This document shows positions 19,308 through 29,118 of a DNA stretch of 64,000 nt, one piece after another. The notes below the pieces were generated by a model. The model was not told the origin of the DNA. It was given only the letters and a program-made list of their open reading frames with translations, and made no database searches. Each line of letters starts with the position of its first letter. The stretch's first letter is position 1. The stretch is from contig CBDIID010000003.1 of the NCBI GenBank assembly GCA_965279515.1, positions 928,001 to 992,000 of the forward strand, read 5' to 3'. The stretch is from Turneriella sp. Its GTDB lineage: Bacteria > Spirochaetota > Leptospiria > Turneriellales > Turneriellaceae. The position numbers and the translations under genes are program-made.

Positions 19308-20024
19308 GTGCGTCTAAAGAAGATGAGATGGGCCGCCCTTGCAGTAGGATGCACTTCATTGATTGCGGCTAAAGAGTCGGATTTCCTCATGGAGAACGAC
19401 GGTTTTGCAGTGATACATACATTTACCCTCACCGGCGGAAAAATCTGCCGCAAGCTCGACCGCTATGCCTCCCCCGACCCCGTCGCTTGGAATATTCGCA
19501 GCGAATGGAATTCCATCCATTTGGGCCCCGCAGACGACACCGGTAAAAACCCATCCGTGACGACCGGGCTCAGCGGCGGTTGCCAGCGCGGCATCTCGCA
19601 GAGCACGCTCGTCGGCCCGCTTAAAAAAGGCAAATGGAAGATTCACAGCACGTCTTCCGTTTCCATCGGGAAAACTGTAGCATTTTCGGAACGGCGTGAA
19701 ATCCGTGAAGAAAAGAAGCAGTGGATCTTTAATGTGGAGAAGCCCGCCATCGCGTCCGTGCTGGTCTATTATTTCAGCAACACCACAGGCCAATGCCGTG
19801 AATTCGTTCCGCTGATTATGCGCGTTGAAGCCGGAAAAGATGCGCAGGCAGAGAATACCGTCCACGTCTCGCCCGGAGTACTTCGCTCTATCGACATTAG
19901 CCGCAGCGAACGTTGCCGGGCCATGCCGCAGACAATTGCAGAGGGCACGCTGGAAATCATGCCCGGAAAATACCGGGTCTCAGGCAATGATATAAAACGC
20001 GTCAGTCTCTATCTGCAACAATAA
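19308..20024 (+). CDS. Hypothetical exported protein with an apparent internally duplicated Cys-containing domain
   Basis: Signal-like N-terminus; two halves each with C-R..., C-x-R/C-R-A and L/M-x-x-G-K-W/Y motifs. Confidence 0.55.
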   Translation: MRLKKMRWAALAVGCTSLIAAKESDFLMENDGFAVIHTFTLTGGKICRKLDRYASPDPVAWNIRSEWNSIHLGPADDTGKNPSVTTGLSGGCQRGISQSTLVGPLKKGKWKIHSTSSVSIGKTVAFSERREIREEKKQWIFNVEKPAIASVLVYYFSNTTGQCREFVPLIMRVEAGKDAQAENTVHVSPGVLRSIDISRSERCRAMPQTIAEGTLEIMPGKYRVSGNDIKRVSLYLQQ

Positions 20025-20032
20025 CACGACCA

Positions 20033-21541
20033 TCACGCAAAGATGCCGCGCAGTAAGCCGCGAACCAGGCGGTATGCCAGGTAGACAAAAGCTACCGCGG
20101 CGAGAAGAAAAGCTGCACCCTGTACCGGCGCGCTTTGATACACGGGAATTCTGCGCGCGGTGAGATCGAGCATATAAACTGTATTGCCATCGAAAAAAGC
20201 CTCTATGCCTGCGATTCGCGAACCGGTGAACCGAAAAAGGCCGGGGCCTACGGGCACAAGCTCACCGCTGCGTAACAGACGGGAGCTATACCGAAGCGTT
20301 CCGTTCTGGGGCTCGATATGCAAATCTACAAAATAACGAAAGAACCAGAAATGCGGATCGATCACATCGTAAAACCGGTACGTACCGGCGAAACGCCTGA
20401 GTTCCTCCGGGGTGGGCTTATATGCCGTTGCCGCGGGCGGCGGGACGAGAAGATCGAAAATTGCATTCGCCGCTTCAGACGAGGCGGCATTATCGCTCTG
20501 GTTCGAGAGCAGAACGACACCGCTCTGCGATGCGGGATGCAGAATAAGCCGGTTGGCAACTCCGGCCAGACCGCCATCCCACCAGACAATCTTGCGGCCC
20601 GGATTCTCATTGACGCCGAACCCCAGGCCAAAACCGATCTTCGAGTCGGGGTAAGGCCGTGCCTGAATTGTGAATAGCTCCGCAACACCCGCCTGTGTCA
20701 GAATCTGTGCGCCATCGAGCGTGCCGCCCCTGAGCAGCATCAGCGCGAAACGTGCGAACTCGGGCGCCGTCGTTACAAGCCCGCCGGCAGGTAACGCAGC
20801 GGTGACATCGTTGTGAGCAGACAACTCACCGGGCGCCATGAGGCTACCGTAGGCGCGCGATAATTTTGCGGACGTCATCGTCCAGGGCGCCGCAAAGGTG
20901 GAAGTCTCCATTCTCAGGGGCCTCAGAATGACCTTCGCTGCATGTTCGGCAAAACTTTCGCGCTCGGCTTTTGCGGCGATATAACCGGCGAGTGAAAAAG
21001 CGTCATTCGCGTAGATAATTCTTTCACCCGGCGCATAAACGGCCTTCAGGTTCTGCGAGAGATAACTTTCGAGGCTCTGCAGGGCATCGCCCTCAGAGGC
21101 AATCGGCTTCCATGAAACCGGCAGGCCCGAACTATGCGAAAGCAGTTGCATGAGCGTCGCCGCCGAGGGCTTGCCGTCGCTGCCAACAATTTGCATTGCG
21201 CGGGGAAGATATTCGTTCGCGGGCCGGTCGATCTGTAGCCGCCGTTGCTCCGCCTGCCGCACGACAAGAGCCGCCGTCAGCAGTTTAGTGAGCGATGCCG
21301 CTGGAATTAATGTATCCGGCTCTATCGGCTTTTTATTTTCGCGGTCGGCATAACCGGAAACAAAAGTGCCGGCGATAATCCCGTTGCGGATGACCGTAAC
21401 AACCATTCCGGGAGTTCCGTATTGTTGGCGTTTTGCATTGAGTATTTCGACAACTTTATCTTCAAATCTTTCCGGCGCTTCAGCGGCGGCAATAACGCTG
21501 CCCGCCAAAAAAAACATGCATAGTGTCCTGATCTTTTTCAT
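20033..21541 (-). CDS. Serine hydrolase, beta-lactamase/AmpC-like family, with C-terminal TM anchor
   Basis: Signal peptide; SLTK, LLSHSSGL, YAN, PAGGL; third motif reads WDGG. Confidence 0.88.
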   Translation of the reverse strand: MKKIRTLCMFFLAGSVIAAAEAPERFEDKVVEILNAKRQQYGTPGMVVTVIRNGIIAGTFVSGYADRENKKPIEPDTLIPAASLTKLLTAALVVRQAEQRRLQIDRPANEYLPRAMQIVGSDGKPSAATLMQLLSHSSGLPVSWKPIASEGDALQSLESYLSQNLKAVYAPGERIIYANDAFSLAGYIAAKAERESFAEHAAKVILRPLRMETSTFAAPWTMTSAKLSRAYGSLMAPGELSAHNDVTAALPAGGLVTTAPEFARFALMLLRGGTLDGAQILTQAGVAELFTIQARPYPDSKIGFGLGFGVNENPGRKIVWWDGGLAGVANRLILHPASQSGVVLLSNQSDNAASSEAANAIFDLLVPPPAATAYKPTPEELRRFAGTYRFYDVIDPHFWFFRYFVDLHIEPQNGTLRYSSRLLRSGELVPVGPGLFRFTGSRIAGIEAFFDGNTVYMLDLTARRIPVYQSAPVQGAAFLLAAVAFVYLAYRLVRGLLRGIFA

Positions 21542-21555
21542 ATTTTTCCTGTGTT

Positions 21556-22809
21556 TTAAAGTACTGTGAACATCTCGACGGTTCCGCGGTTTTTAATACT
21601 GATCTCACCCCTCGCCTCGCAGCGGAACTCGTTTTTGACGAGGTCAAACGTCGTGCGTGAAATATTCACTTGTCCTGCAAGCGCGGCGCTTTCCATGCGG
21701 GAAGCCACATTCACGGTATCACCCCAGATATCGTAGGCAAATTTTTTCTGACCGACAATACCCGCGACCACGGGTCCGGAATGCACGCCGATGCGGATAT
21801 CCCAACTGGGTTCTCCCGCTTTCATCTTCTCTGCCCGATACATCGCCATAAAGTCACGCATCTCTATCGCGGCCCTGATACAGCGGATAGCATGCGCCGG
21901 GTTGGGCTCGGGCAGGCCCGCACAGGCCATGAATGCGTCGCCGACGGTTTTCAGCCTTTCGAGGTCGTATTTGTCGCAGATGCGGTCAAATTCAGAAAAA
22001 CAAAAATCGAGTTCTTGCAACAGCTTCACGGGGGTCATCTTTTCTGCGATCGCCGTAAAGCCGATAAAGTCGGTAAAGAGGACGCTGGCATGCGCATACT
22101 CGCGCGCCTCGGCCTTACCCTTCTCCTTGAGTTCGTTCGCCACGGCCTCGGGCAGAATATTCAGCAGCAGCTGATCTGCCTTGTCCCGTTCCCGGATATA
22201 GCTGCGTTCAGCCTGAATGCCCTGCGACGTGGTAATAATAAAAAAGATGACAACGACAGCAAAAACCGTAAACGCGGAGATATAATAGAAGGCGATGCGC
22301 ACCGGCTCGTAATCAATCGGGTAAAGCGGCGGGTAGTAGAGGTATAATGTGCGGATCGCCAGCAGATTCAGCAGGCTAAACAGGATTGCCGCGACCACAA
22401 AGCGCCGCTTGCGCCAGAAGCCGACGCAGCCAATACCGGCGATCACCAGCGTAAAATATTCAAAGCCGAAAAACGGCCCGTAAAAGATACATACCGAGGT
22501 TGTCCAAAAATGGTAAGTCAAGCCTGAGAAAAAATAAACATTCTCAAAATCACCAAACCAATGCTGGAGAAAGAATGCAATCGTCGTCAGGAAACCGACC
22601 CCCAACGCAATGTAGATACCGTAGATATGGTTCCAGTATTTTGGGGCGTCGTGATGGATCAGCATCAACCATGCGACAGCAAAAGCACTGACGACCAGTA
22701 TTAAGATTATCAGGCCAATCAGCAGCGACTGGTTGACCAGCATGTGGAACTTGCGCACATCGTGGCTCGCGCCCATGTCGACTTTATACTCGGTTAATTT
22801 CTTCCACAT
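21556..22809 (-). CDS. Membrane class III adenylate/guanylate cyclase (adenylate-type residues)
   Basis: LLLNILP, FTDFIGFT, LKTVGDAFM, YDIWGDTVNVASRME; about 6 TM. Confidence 0.92.
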   Translation of the reverse strand: MWKKLTEYKVDMGASHDVRKFHMLVNQSLLIGLIILILVVSAFAVAWLMLIHHDAPKYWNHIYGIYIALGVGFLTTIAFFLQHWFGDFENVYFFSGLTYHFWTTSVCIFYGPFFGFEYFTLVIAGIGCVGFWRKRRFVVAAILFSLLNLLAIRTLYLYYPPLYPIDYEPVRIAFYYISAFTVFAVVVIFFIITTSQGIQAERSYIRERDKADQLLLNILPEAVANELKEKGKAEAREYAHASVLFTDFIGFTAIAEKMTPVKLLQELDFCFSEFDRICDKYDLERLKTVGDAFMACAGLPEPNPAHAIRCIRAAIEMRDFMAMYRAEKMKAGEPSWDIRIGVHSGPVVAGIVGQKKFAYDIWGDTVNVASRMESAALAGQVNISRTTFDLVKNEFRCEARGEISIKNRGTVEMFTVL

Positions 22810-22862
22810 GGATAGTGCCAACTGAAAAAGAATCCGTCTCTCTGCAACAAGTTAACCCAAGG

Positions 22863-23867
22863 TCAGAATTCGATGTTGGGCCTGAACAGCACCTGGTAAT
22901 GCTGGCCGCCCGGATAATTATCCAGCGGGCCCGAATACAAACTTTCGGACTCCCAGGTAAACCCGAGCGCGAGCGTAAAAGCCGTGCCTTTGCGAAAAGG
23001 CCATTTTTTGTTCACTTCAAAATATGAGCGCACCGGTTTCAGGTTCGAGATTTTAAAATCGAGGCGGAATTCAAAACCGCTGTTCGCCAAAAAGTCCCAC
23101 GCGTCGGCGGTATAATCCAGCCGGTTGCGTTTGATGCCGATGAAAGCGACATCGGAGATATTGGAATTATCGTGCAACTTGACGCCGATTTTGTAATCCC
23201 ACTGCAGCTTTTGCAAGGTAAAGAGCTGATCGCCCTTCACCTTCCATTCCAGTTCGAACCAGTTATCCTGGAAGAGTTCGTTGTCTTTGATATGGTGTGA
23301 GCCATAACTGATGAGATACCCTGTGTAGCCGATCGAACTCTGGTAACCCGACTGTTTGTTCTTCTCGCGCTCTTCGGCATTGCGCGCGATCGGCCGGTAG
23401 CGCGCCACATTTCCAAGAAACAGGGAAACCGCGTACGGTTCCTGGAAACCCCGCGTCGCGGCGCGGATCAGGTTAAAACTTTCACCACCCACCTGTGCGC
23501 GCTGGTAGAGCTCATTGGCTTCCTGGCGGATCAGTACACCTGCCACGGGCATCGGATTTACGCTTGTTTCGAGGATCGCAAAGCTCGGCAATTTAAAGGG
23601 CGAGACCAGCAGGTGTTTATAAATCTTCAGCTCACTCTCCTCGCCGAGATTTTCCATGGGCTTATCGGTGAAGTTAAAAATCACGCCGCCATAGCTATAG
23701 TAGGCATCCACCCCATAGTCGAGTTCAAAACGTTTATGCCGCGGCTCTTCGGGTATGATCGGGTTGCCGTGCTCCATATAGACTGCAATGGGATCGACGG
23801 CGTCACCGGCGCGAAGCGCAGAGACGCATAAAAACACCGGGATCAGACAAAGCCAGACCCGTGGCAT
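22863..23867 (-). CDS. Hypothetical exported protein, probable outer-membrane beta-barrel
   Basis: Signal peptide (ALRA), amphipathic strands, terminal Phe (RPNIEF). Confidence 0.65.
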   Translation of the reverse strand: MPRVWLCLIPVFLCVSALRAGDAVDPIAVYMEHGNPIIPEEPRHKRFELDYGVDAYYSYGGVIFNFTDKPMENLGEESELKIYKHLLVSPFKLPSFAILETSVNPMPVAGVLIRQEANELYQRAQVGGESFNLIRAATRGFQEPYAVSLFLGNVARYRPIARNAEEREKNKQSGYQSSIGYTGYLISYGSHHIKDNELFQDNWFELEWKVKGDQLFTLQKLQWDYKIGVKLHDNSNISDVAFIGIKRNRLDYTADAWDFLANSGFEFRLDFKISNLKPVRSYFEVNKKWPFRKGTAFTLALGFTWESESLYSGPLDNYPGGQHYQVLFRPNIEF

Positions 23868-23870
23868 AGG

Positions 23871-24278
23871 TCAGTAAAGAGCTGTGTGCTCGGCGATTTT
23901 TTTTAAGAGACCTGCCTGATCGATGGGCTTGCCGATAACCTCGTGCGCGCCGGCCTTCGAGGCCTTTTGGTGCAGGTCGCTCGTATAGCGGCCCGCGGTG
24001 ACGAAAATGATACAGCGGTAGTCGGTATCCTTTTCTTCTTCGTAGCTGCGGATGCTTTTGATGAGTTCAAGCCAGCTTTTCGCGGGAAGGTTAGAGTCAA
24101 CCAGCACTATGCCGGGAGAGAAATCACTGAAAGCGGCCACAGCTTCGTCAATATCAGAAGCGCGGCGCACGGTATAACCGTTCAGTTCAAGGAAAGAGGA
24201 AAGCGACAAGGCGTCTGCTTCATCGACGTCGGCCAACAGAATTTTATCGCCGTTTGGGAAATGCGAAGAAACCGGCAT
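23871..24278 (-). CDS. Single-domain response regulator (CheY-like)
   Basis: ILLAD, VLVDSNLP (phospho-Asp), FVTA, GKP. Confidence 0.85.
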   Translation of the reverse strand: MPVSSHFPNGDKILLADVDEADALSLSSFLELNGYTVRRASDIDEAVAAFSDFSPGIVLVDSNLPAKSWLELIKSIRSYEEEKDTDYRCIIFVTAGRYTSDLHQKASKAGAHEVIGKPIDQAGLLKKIAEHTALY

Positions 24279-24394
24279 TTAGGCGACACTTTGAGCGCGA
24301 AAGAGGCGGTCGATAACAATCACTACCGATAGAGGGTTGATCCCGTTCAAGATTGGCTTTACGAAAAGTCGATAATGCCACAGGTACTAGTATC

Positions 24395-25975
24395 ATGACC
24401 CGCCGCGCCCGGACCCATGTTTTAGCAATAATCGCGGTATTCAGCGTGGCCCGCTTCCAGTGTGAATTCAAATTCTCCGCCGGAGAGAGTCTGCCCTGGC
24501 AAGAAAGGCTGCTGCGCATGGCGGATTTGCTGCTGATGGAACCGGGCTATGCCCAGGCGCGCACCCTCGCCGCTGAGTGGTCTGCATACACGCAAAAATT
24601 TACCACGGACGAGAAGCGCGCCGCTGAACTCGAAGCTTTGGCCAATGAGCCGGCAATACTCGGCCTTATCCGTGATCCCAGGGGCCCGCTGGCACCGGCC
24701 TTTGAAACGGAAACCGCGGAAATCCTCAATACCTTCGGCAACGGCGCGCTCAAGGCATGGCGCCTGCGCACCCTCGACGACAAGACTCTGTTCGCGCGCG
24801 ATGCCAAGCGCCTTGCGGGGCTCGACACCACAACGGCACGGCGCGAGATCGGGCCGCGTTTTTTTACGATACCGATCAGCGGCACGGGTTTTAATGTCAG
24901 CCTCGACGCCGAGTGGGATGTCACCCGGCTCTCAGACTTTCCGCTAAGCCAGATCAATTCCGAATATCTGTTTCTGACGACCGACCACGAAATGAATATT
25001 CTCGCGATCGGTAATCCCCGCTCTATACCCGACTCGGGTTTCCGTTTTATCTCCGGCAACAAATTCATCTCTGAACCATACGGCATTAAACACGGCCTGA
25101 GAATTGTGACAACCGAAGCGAAGGATTTTCGCCTCGTGATCTGTTATCCGTTTGCCGGTTATATTTTCTATGCGGTCCGCGGCGGCCTGGCCCTGCTTCT
25201 CATCATCACTCTTATAATAGCACTCGTTAAGATCGGCTCGCTGCGCTCGGCAGCCACGCATGTCATGGAAAACCGCTCCGGCGAATGGTTGCAGCAGCAT
25301 TATGAACAGAGCCTCGGCATCAACGAACAGGCGCTGAATATCGGTGAAAAGGCGCTGGGTGTCGTTTCATCGCTCAAGGAGCGGGAAGCAAAAGTGATCG
25401 GTGAACTCGGCCGCCATATTGAAGAGCTCAGCGACAACTTCACGGCGCAGACCCGCCTTGTTCTCGAGGAAGCCAGCAAAACCCAGGTACAGTCACCGGC
25501 GCCCGTTTCTAAAGGCGAACCTTCGCGCGAAGTGCGCCGGCCGTTGCACAAAAAATCCGTGCACAAAGCGCCGCTGCTCATCGAGCACGATAAGGCTCCG
25601 GAGATCCGGGTCACCATAGAACTCGATCTGCCGCTCGAGGATGAAAAACAGCTGAAGCCCGAAGAAAAAATCGCCTACATCGGTTCACTGCGGCGCCGCG
25701 CACAGGAAAAGACAGGTCAGAAAGATTTTATCCACGATGAAAAAATCGACAACTACGACTATATTGCGCCGGAGCCGATGGCCATACCCGAGCCAGGCTA
25801 CGCAGCGGCAGGCGCAGGCACGCCCGACACCGCTGATCTTGAATATGTCCAGAAATTCCAATATGCCGGCAAGACCCGTGTCTTGCCGATGGCTGCCGTC
25901 GAAAAGAGCGCGGCGACGCTGCGCATGCGCGAAGACCTGCACCGCGAGACCCTGATCGTTACCGAAGAAGAGTGA
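24395..25975 (+). CDS. Hypothetical membrane protein (periplasmic domain, TM, cytoplasmic coiled/acidic tail)
   Basis: Long ORF with N-terminal hydrophobic stretch and central TM (GGLALLLIITLIIALV); no recognised catalytic motif. Confidence 0.65.
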   Translation: MTRRARTHVLAIIAVFSVARFQCEFKFSAGESLPWQERLLRMADLLLMEPGYAQARTLAAEWSAYTQKFTTDEKRAAELEALANEPAILGLIRDPRGPLAPAFETETAEILNTFGNGALKAWRLRTLDDKTLFARDAKRLAGLDTTTARREIGPRFFTIPISGTGFNVSLDAEWDVTRLSDFPLSQINSEYLFLTTDHEMNILAIGNPRSIPDSGFRFISGNKFISEPYGIKHGLRIVTTEAKDFRLVICYPFAGYIFYAVRGGLALLLIITLIIALVKIGSLRSAATHVMENRSGEWLQQHYEQSLGINEQALNIGEKALGVVSSLKEREAKVIGELGRHIEELSDNFTAQTRLVLEEASKTQVQSPAPVSKGEPSREVRRPLHKKSVHKAPLLIEHDKAPEIRVTIELDLPLEDEKQLKPEEKIAYIGSLRRRAQEKTGQKDFIHDEKIDNYDYIAPEPMAIPEPGYAAAGAGTPDTADLEYVQKFQYAGKTRVLPMAAVEKSAATLRMREDLHRETLIVTEEE

Positions 25976-26049
25976 GCCGCCAGCCAGCTTTTTCGCGCCG
26001 CATCAATTCACCTTGACACGCTGACAAAAAAGCGATTACCCACCCCACT

Positions 26050-26538
26050 ATGAAAAAATTGATTCTGATGGGCCACGCGCTCATCCTGACTATTGCTTTT
26101 GCCCTGACCGGCAGTGTTGCGGCTAAATCCGCATGCCAGGGCCTCGGCGAAAGCGAATGCTCTTCCAACGAAAATTGCACATGGGTAAAAGGCTATGAGC
26201 AAAAAGACGGAGACAAAGTAAAAGCTTATTGCCGCGCAAAACCCGGTAAAGGCGACGGCGAAAAGAAAGAAAAAAAGAAGAAAGACAAATCAGACGAAGC
26301 AGTGAAGTCTGACGACGACAAAGCTGAGAAGAAAGACAAGAAAAAGAAGAAGAAAAAAGAAAAATCTGAAGAAGCCGTAAAAACTGACGACGCTAAAGCA
26401 GAAAAGAAAGAGAAAAAAGAAAAAAAGCCTAAGAAGAAAAAAGAGAAAGAAGACAAAAAAGAAACAAAGTCTGACGACAAAAAAGACGACGACAAGAAAA
26501 AATCTAAAAAGAAAAAGAAAGAGAAAAAAGAAGACTAA
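26050..26538 (+). CDS. Exported small 4-Cys domain plus Lys/Glu/Asp-rich low-complexity tail
   Basis: Signal peptide, C-x7-C-x5-C-TWVKGY...YC, then repeated KSDEAVK/KSEEAVK units (75-nt period, 26287 and 26362). Confidence 0.8.
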   Translation: MKKLILMGHALILTIAFALTGSVAAKSACQGLGESECSSNENCTWVKGYEQKDGDKVKAYCRAKPGKGDGEKKEKKKKDKSDEAVKSDDDKAEKKDKKKKKKKEKSEEAVKTDDAKAEKKEKKEKKPKKKKEKEDKKETKSDDKKDDDKKKSKKKKKEKKED

Positions 26539-26554
26539 TCCAGTTTCTTCAACT

Positions 26555-26584
26555 CCGGCCGCAATAAAACGCGGCCGGCTTTAT
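26555..26584 (+). terminator. Putative intrinsic terminator
   Basis: ccggccgc-N8-gcggccgg followed by ctttat, 16 nt after the stop. Confidence 0.5.
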
Positions 26585-26586
26585 CT

Positions 26587-27489
26587 ATGCACATTACCGG
26601 CTTCTCATTCATTCGCAATGCGATCAAATATGATTATCCGATCAAAGAATCGCTCGAATCGTTATTACCCATAGTCGACGAAATTGTCGTCGCCGTCGGA
26701 AAATCTGACGACAAAACCCTCGAACTCATACAAAAAATAGATAAAAATAAAATCCGCATTCTGAAGACCGTCTGGGACGACTCAAAGCGCGAAGGCGGCC
26801 GTGTGCTCGCCGAAGAGACGCAGAAGGCGTACGAAGCCATCGGCGATCGCGACCAAGGTGCGGACTGGGCATTTTACCTGCAAGGTGACGAAGTCTTGCA
26901 TGAGCAGGACTACCCCGTTATCCGCGCGGCAGCCGAAAAATACCGCAGCGACGAGCGCGTCGACGGCTTACTTTTCAAATACAAACATTTTTACGGCTCT
27001 TACGATTACCTGGGTGCATCACGACGCTGGTACCGGCGCGAAATCCGCATCGTACGCCCGCCGCAATTTTCCCTGAAACCAGAGATGAAAATTTATTCCT
27101 ATAAAGACGCACAGGGTTTCCGTAAAGACGACAACCGTAAACTCAGCGTGAAGGAAATCGACGCACACATCTATCATTATGGCTGGGTGAAACCCCCCGA
27201 AGCGCAGATGCAGAAGCAGCAGACATTTAACAAATACTGGCATAATGACCAGTGGATGCAGGAAAATATACCCGCGGCTGCCGAATTTGATTATTCGAAC
27301 ATCGACTCGCTGGCGCGTTTTGAAGGCAGCCACCCGGTCGTGATGAAAGACCGCATCCGCAAAAAGAACTGGCGCTTCGATTTCGATATCAGCCGGTCGA
27401 AATATACGCTGAAAGAAAAGATTTCTGCCTTCATTGAAAAGTTCACCGGTTACCGCCCCGGCGAATATAAGAACTACAAAAAAATCTGA
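26587..27489 (+). CDS. Glycosyltransferase family 2-like protein
   Basis: GFSFIRNAIKYDYP, VAVGKSDD, YLQGDE, HYGWV. Confidence 0.85.
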   Translation: MHITGFSFIRNAIKYDYPIKESLESLLPIVDEIVVAVGKSDDKTLELIQKIDKNKIRILKTVWDDSKREGGRVLAEETQKAYEAIGDRDQGADWAFYLQGDEVLHEQDYPVIRAAAEKYRSDERVDGLLFKYKHFYGSYDYLGASRRWYRREIRIVRPPQFSLKPEMKIYSYKDAQGFRKDDNRKLSVKEIDAHIYHYGWVKPPEAQMQKQQTFNKYWHNDQWMQENIPAAAEFDYSNIDSLARFEGSHPVVMKDRIRKKNWRFDFDISRSKYTLKEKISAFIEKFTGYRPGEYKNYKKI

Positions 27490-27492
27490 AAT

Positions 27493-28143
27493 TTAAAGCA
27501 GTTCAGCGCGCAGCTCGGCAATGCTGCCCAGCACCCTGAGCGGCGACGCAGAGAGCAGCTCGGCTTCACTATGCGCCCCGTGGGTTAATCCCACTGAAGC
27601 GATGCCTGCATTAGACGCCATCTTCAGGTCATGTCTGGTATCGCCGACCATGATTGCCCGGGCGGCGTCGATTCCCGCCGCAGCCAAAAGCTCGCGGATC
27701 ATCTGCGGATCAGGCTTGGGGCGGCACTCTTCGGGTGTGCGCGAGTGCGCGACAAAGGCAGCAAGTCCCGTCGTTGCCAGGGTGCGGTCGATGCCCGCGC
27801 GGCTTTTCGCGGTCGCCACGGTAACAATTTTGCCCGCTGCGTGAAGGTCACGCACCAGCTCGTAGGCGCCCTCATAGAGTTCGATTTTTCCCTCTCCCGC
27901 TTCATAGGCAGTGCGGTAGGCACGGTGGAAGGAAGACAAAAATTCGGGACTTAACGCGGCTTCGTCGGGAAAGAGCTGTTTTTGCGCGGCCTTCAGGCCG
28001 AGGCCGATTATATCACGGGCTATCGCCATCGGTATTTCGCGGCCGACCTCGCGGCCGGCGGCGATAATGGAATCTGCGATGAGATCAATCGACCGGTAGA
28101 GCGTACCATCCCAATCGAAAATGATGAGTTCGGCGCTGCGCAG
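27493..28143 (-). CDS. HAD-IA family hydrolase (phosphoglycolate phosphatase-like), probable CTG start
   Basis: Motif I IIFDWDGTL lies upstream of the track's 28029 start; ATAK, KPDP, MVGDTRHD. Confidence 0.88.
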   Translation of the reverse strand: MRSAELIIFDWDGTLYRSIDLIADSIIAAGREVGREIPMAIARDIIGLGLKAAQKQLFPDEAALSPEFLSSFHRAYRTAYEAGEGKIELYEGAYELVRDLHAAGKIVTVATAKSRAGIDRTLATTGLAAFVAHSRTPEECRPKPDPQMIRELLAAAGIDAARAIMVGDTRHDLKMASNAGIASVGLTHGAHSEAELLSASPLRVLGSIAELRAELL

Positions 28144-28145
28144 AG

Positions 28146-28550
28146 CTACTCTTCGTCGTCGTCATCATCGTCATCGTCGGGCAGCTCATAGTCGTCATAG
28201 GCATAACCGTCTTCGCCGGGGTCTTCTTGCCCGACATACTGAATCGGAATGATCTTATCGAGCATGACGACGTCGAACGAACTCTTGAGTTCTGGGTTCG
28301 CATTGATGACATTCAGGCGCCCATCGGTGCGCACGAGAATACTCTGCAGTTCGACAAACTTGGCGATGAGCTCTGAATTTGCTGAGTTGAGCTTTGCGAG
28401 GTCAATCTCGAGCAAAAGATTGGGAATCTTCGCCATCTCGAGCTCGCTGACGACGCGGTCCAGGTGCCGGATCATGTTGATGAGACCGAGCTTATTGTCC
28501 TGATCTTCAATGAGGACGAGCCATTTACTTTCGCTTTTGTTTACCTGCAT
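28146..28550 (-). CDS. STAS-domain protein (anti-sigma antagonist-like) with acidic tail
   Basis: IDLAKLNSANSELIAKFV...GRLNVINANPELKSSFDVVMLDKII matches STAS layout; poly-Asp C-terminus. Confidence 0.75.
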   Translation of the reverse strand: MQVNKSESKWLVLIEDQDNKLGLINMIRHLDRVVSELEMAKIPNLLLEIDLAKLNSANSELIAKFVELQSILVRTDGRLNVINANPELKSSFDVVMLDKIIPIQYVGQEDPGEDGYAYDDYELPDDDDDDDDEE

Positions 28551-28640
28551 AAATAAGTAGAGGCGGCATAGATTTTTTTTTATCTACACCGTCGACGAGA
28601 AAAGTAGCAAATGCGCGGTGCGAAAGGCGCTTCAGGAAGG

Positions 28641-29021
28641 CTAAACCGGGCGCCAGATCAGTGCGAGCGCGATGGCCGGAACCAGTCCCTGCAGGAGCAC
28701 GCCGCGCAGCATAGCCATGCCCGCCGAAAACAACAAGACAAGCGCCGCAGCGACCATACTGCCCAAGGTGACCGTCAGAATCGCAACGGCCTGCGAGACA
28801 TATCCCGTATTCCAGAGATAAATGCCGGCAACCGTCGCAATAGCGAGAAACAGGTTATAGTACCCTTGGTTCAGCGCCATCAGTTTGGTAGTCTGCGCTT
28901 CGGCTTCGGTGCGGCGAAAAATCTTCCGCACGGCAGGTTTCATCCAGAACAGGCTTTCCATCGCGAAAAACAGCACATGAACGAAAGCGGCAACGGCCGC
29001 AAGGATCGATATGGTTAACAT
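28641..29021 (-). CDS. DUF1304-like membrane protein
   Basis: HVLFFAMESLFW, ALNQGYYNLFLA, LLQGLVP. Confidence 0.8.
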   Translation of the reverse strand: MLTISILAAVAAFVHVLFFAMESLFWMKPAVRKIFRRTEAEAQTTKLMALNQGYYNLFLAIATVAGIYLWNTGYVSQAVAILTVTLGSMVAAALVLLFSAGMAMLRGVLLQGLVPAIALALIWRPV

Positions 29022-29118
29022 GGCTGATTCATATGCGAAGCATCCGGATGTCAACTAAAACGCGGGCCCCATCAAATCGCGATTTACAGCGCCGTTAAAG
29101 GCCATGTGCTGCCGGGCG

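Noticed and set aside
26014..26026. Second TGACA pair as hem-box
   Set aside because: Spacer is 3 nt, not 6; the first copy is more simply a TTGACA -35-like hexamer.
26226..26495. Phe/Ser-rich 89-aa ORF
   Set aside because: Antisense shadow of the Lys-rich low-complexity gene.
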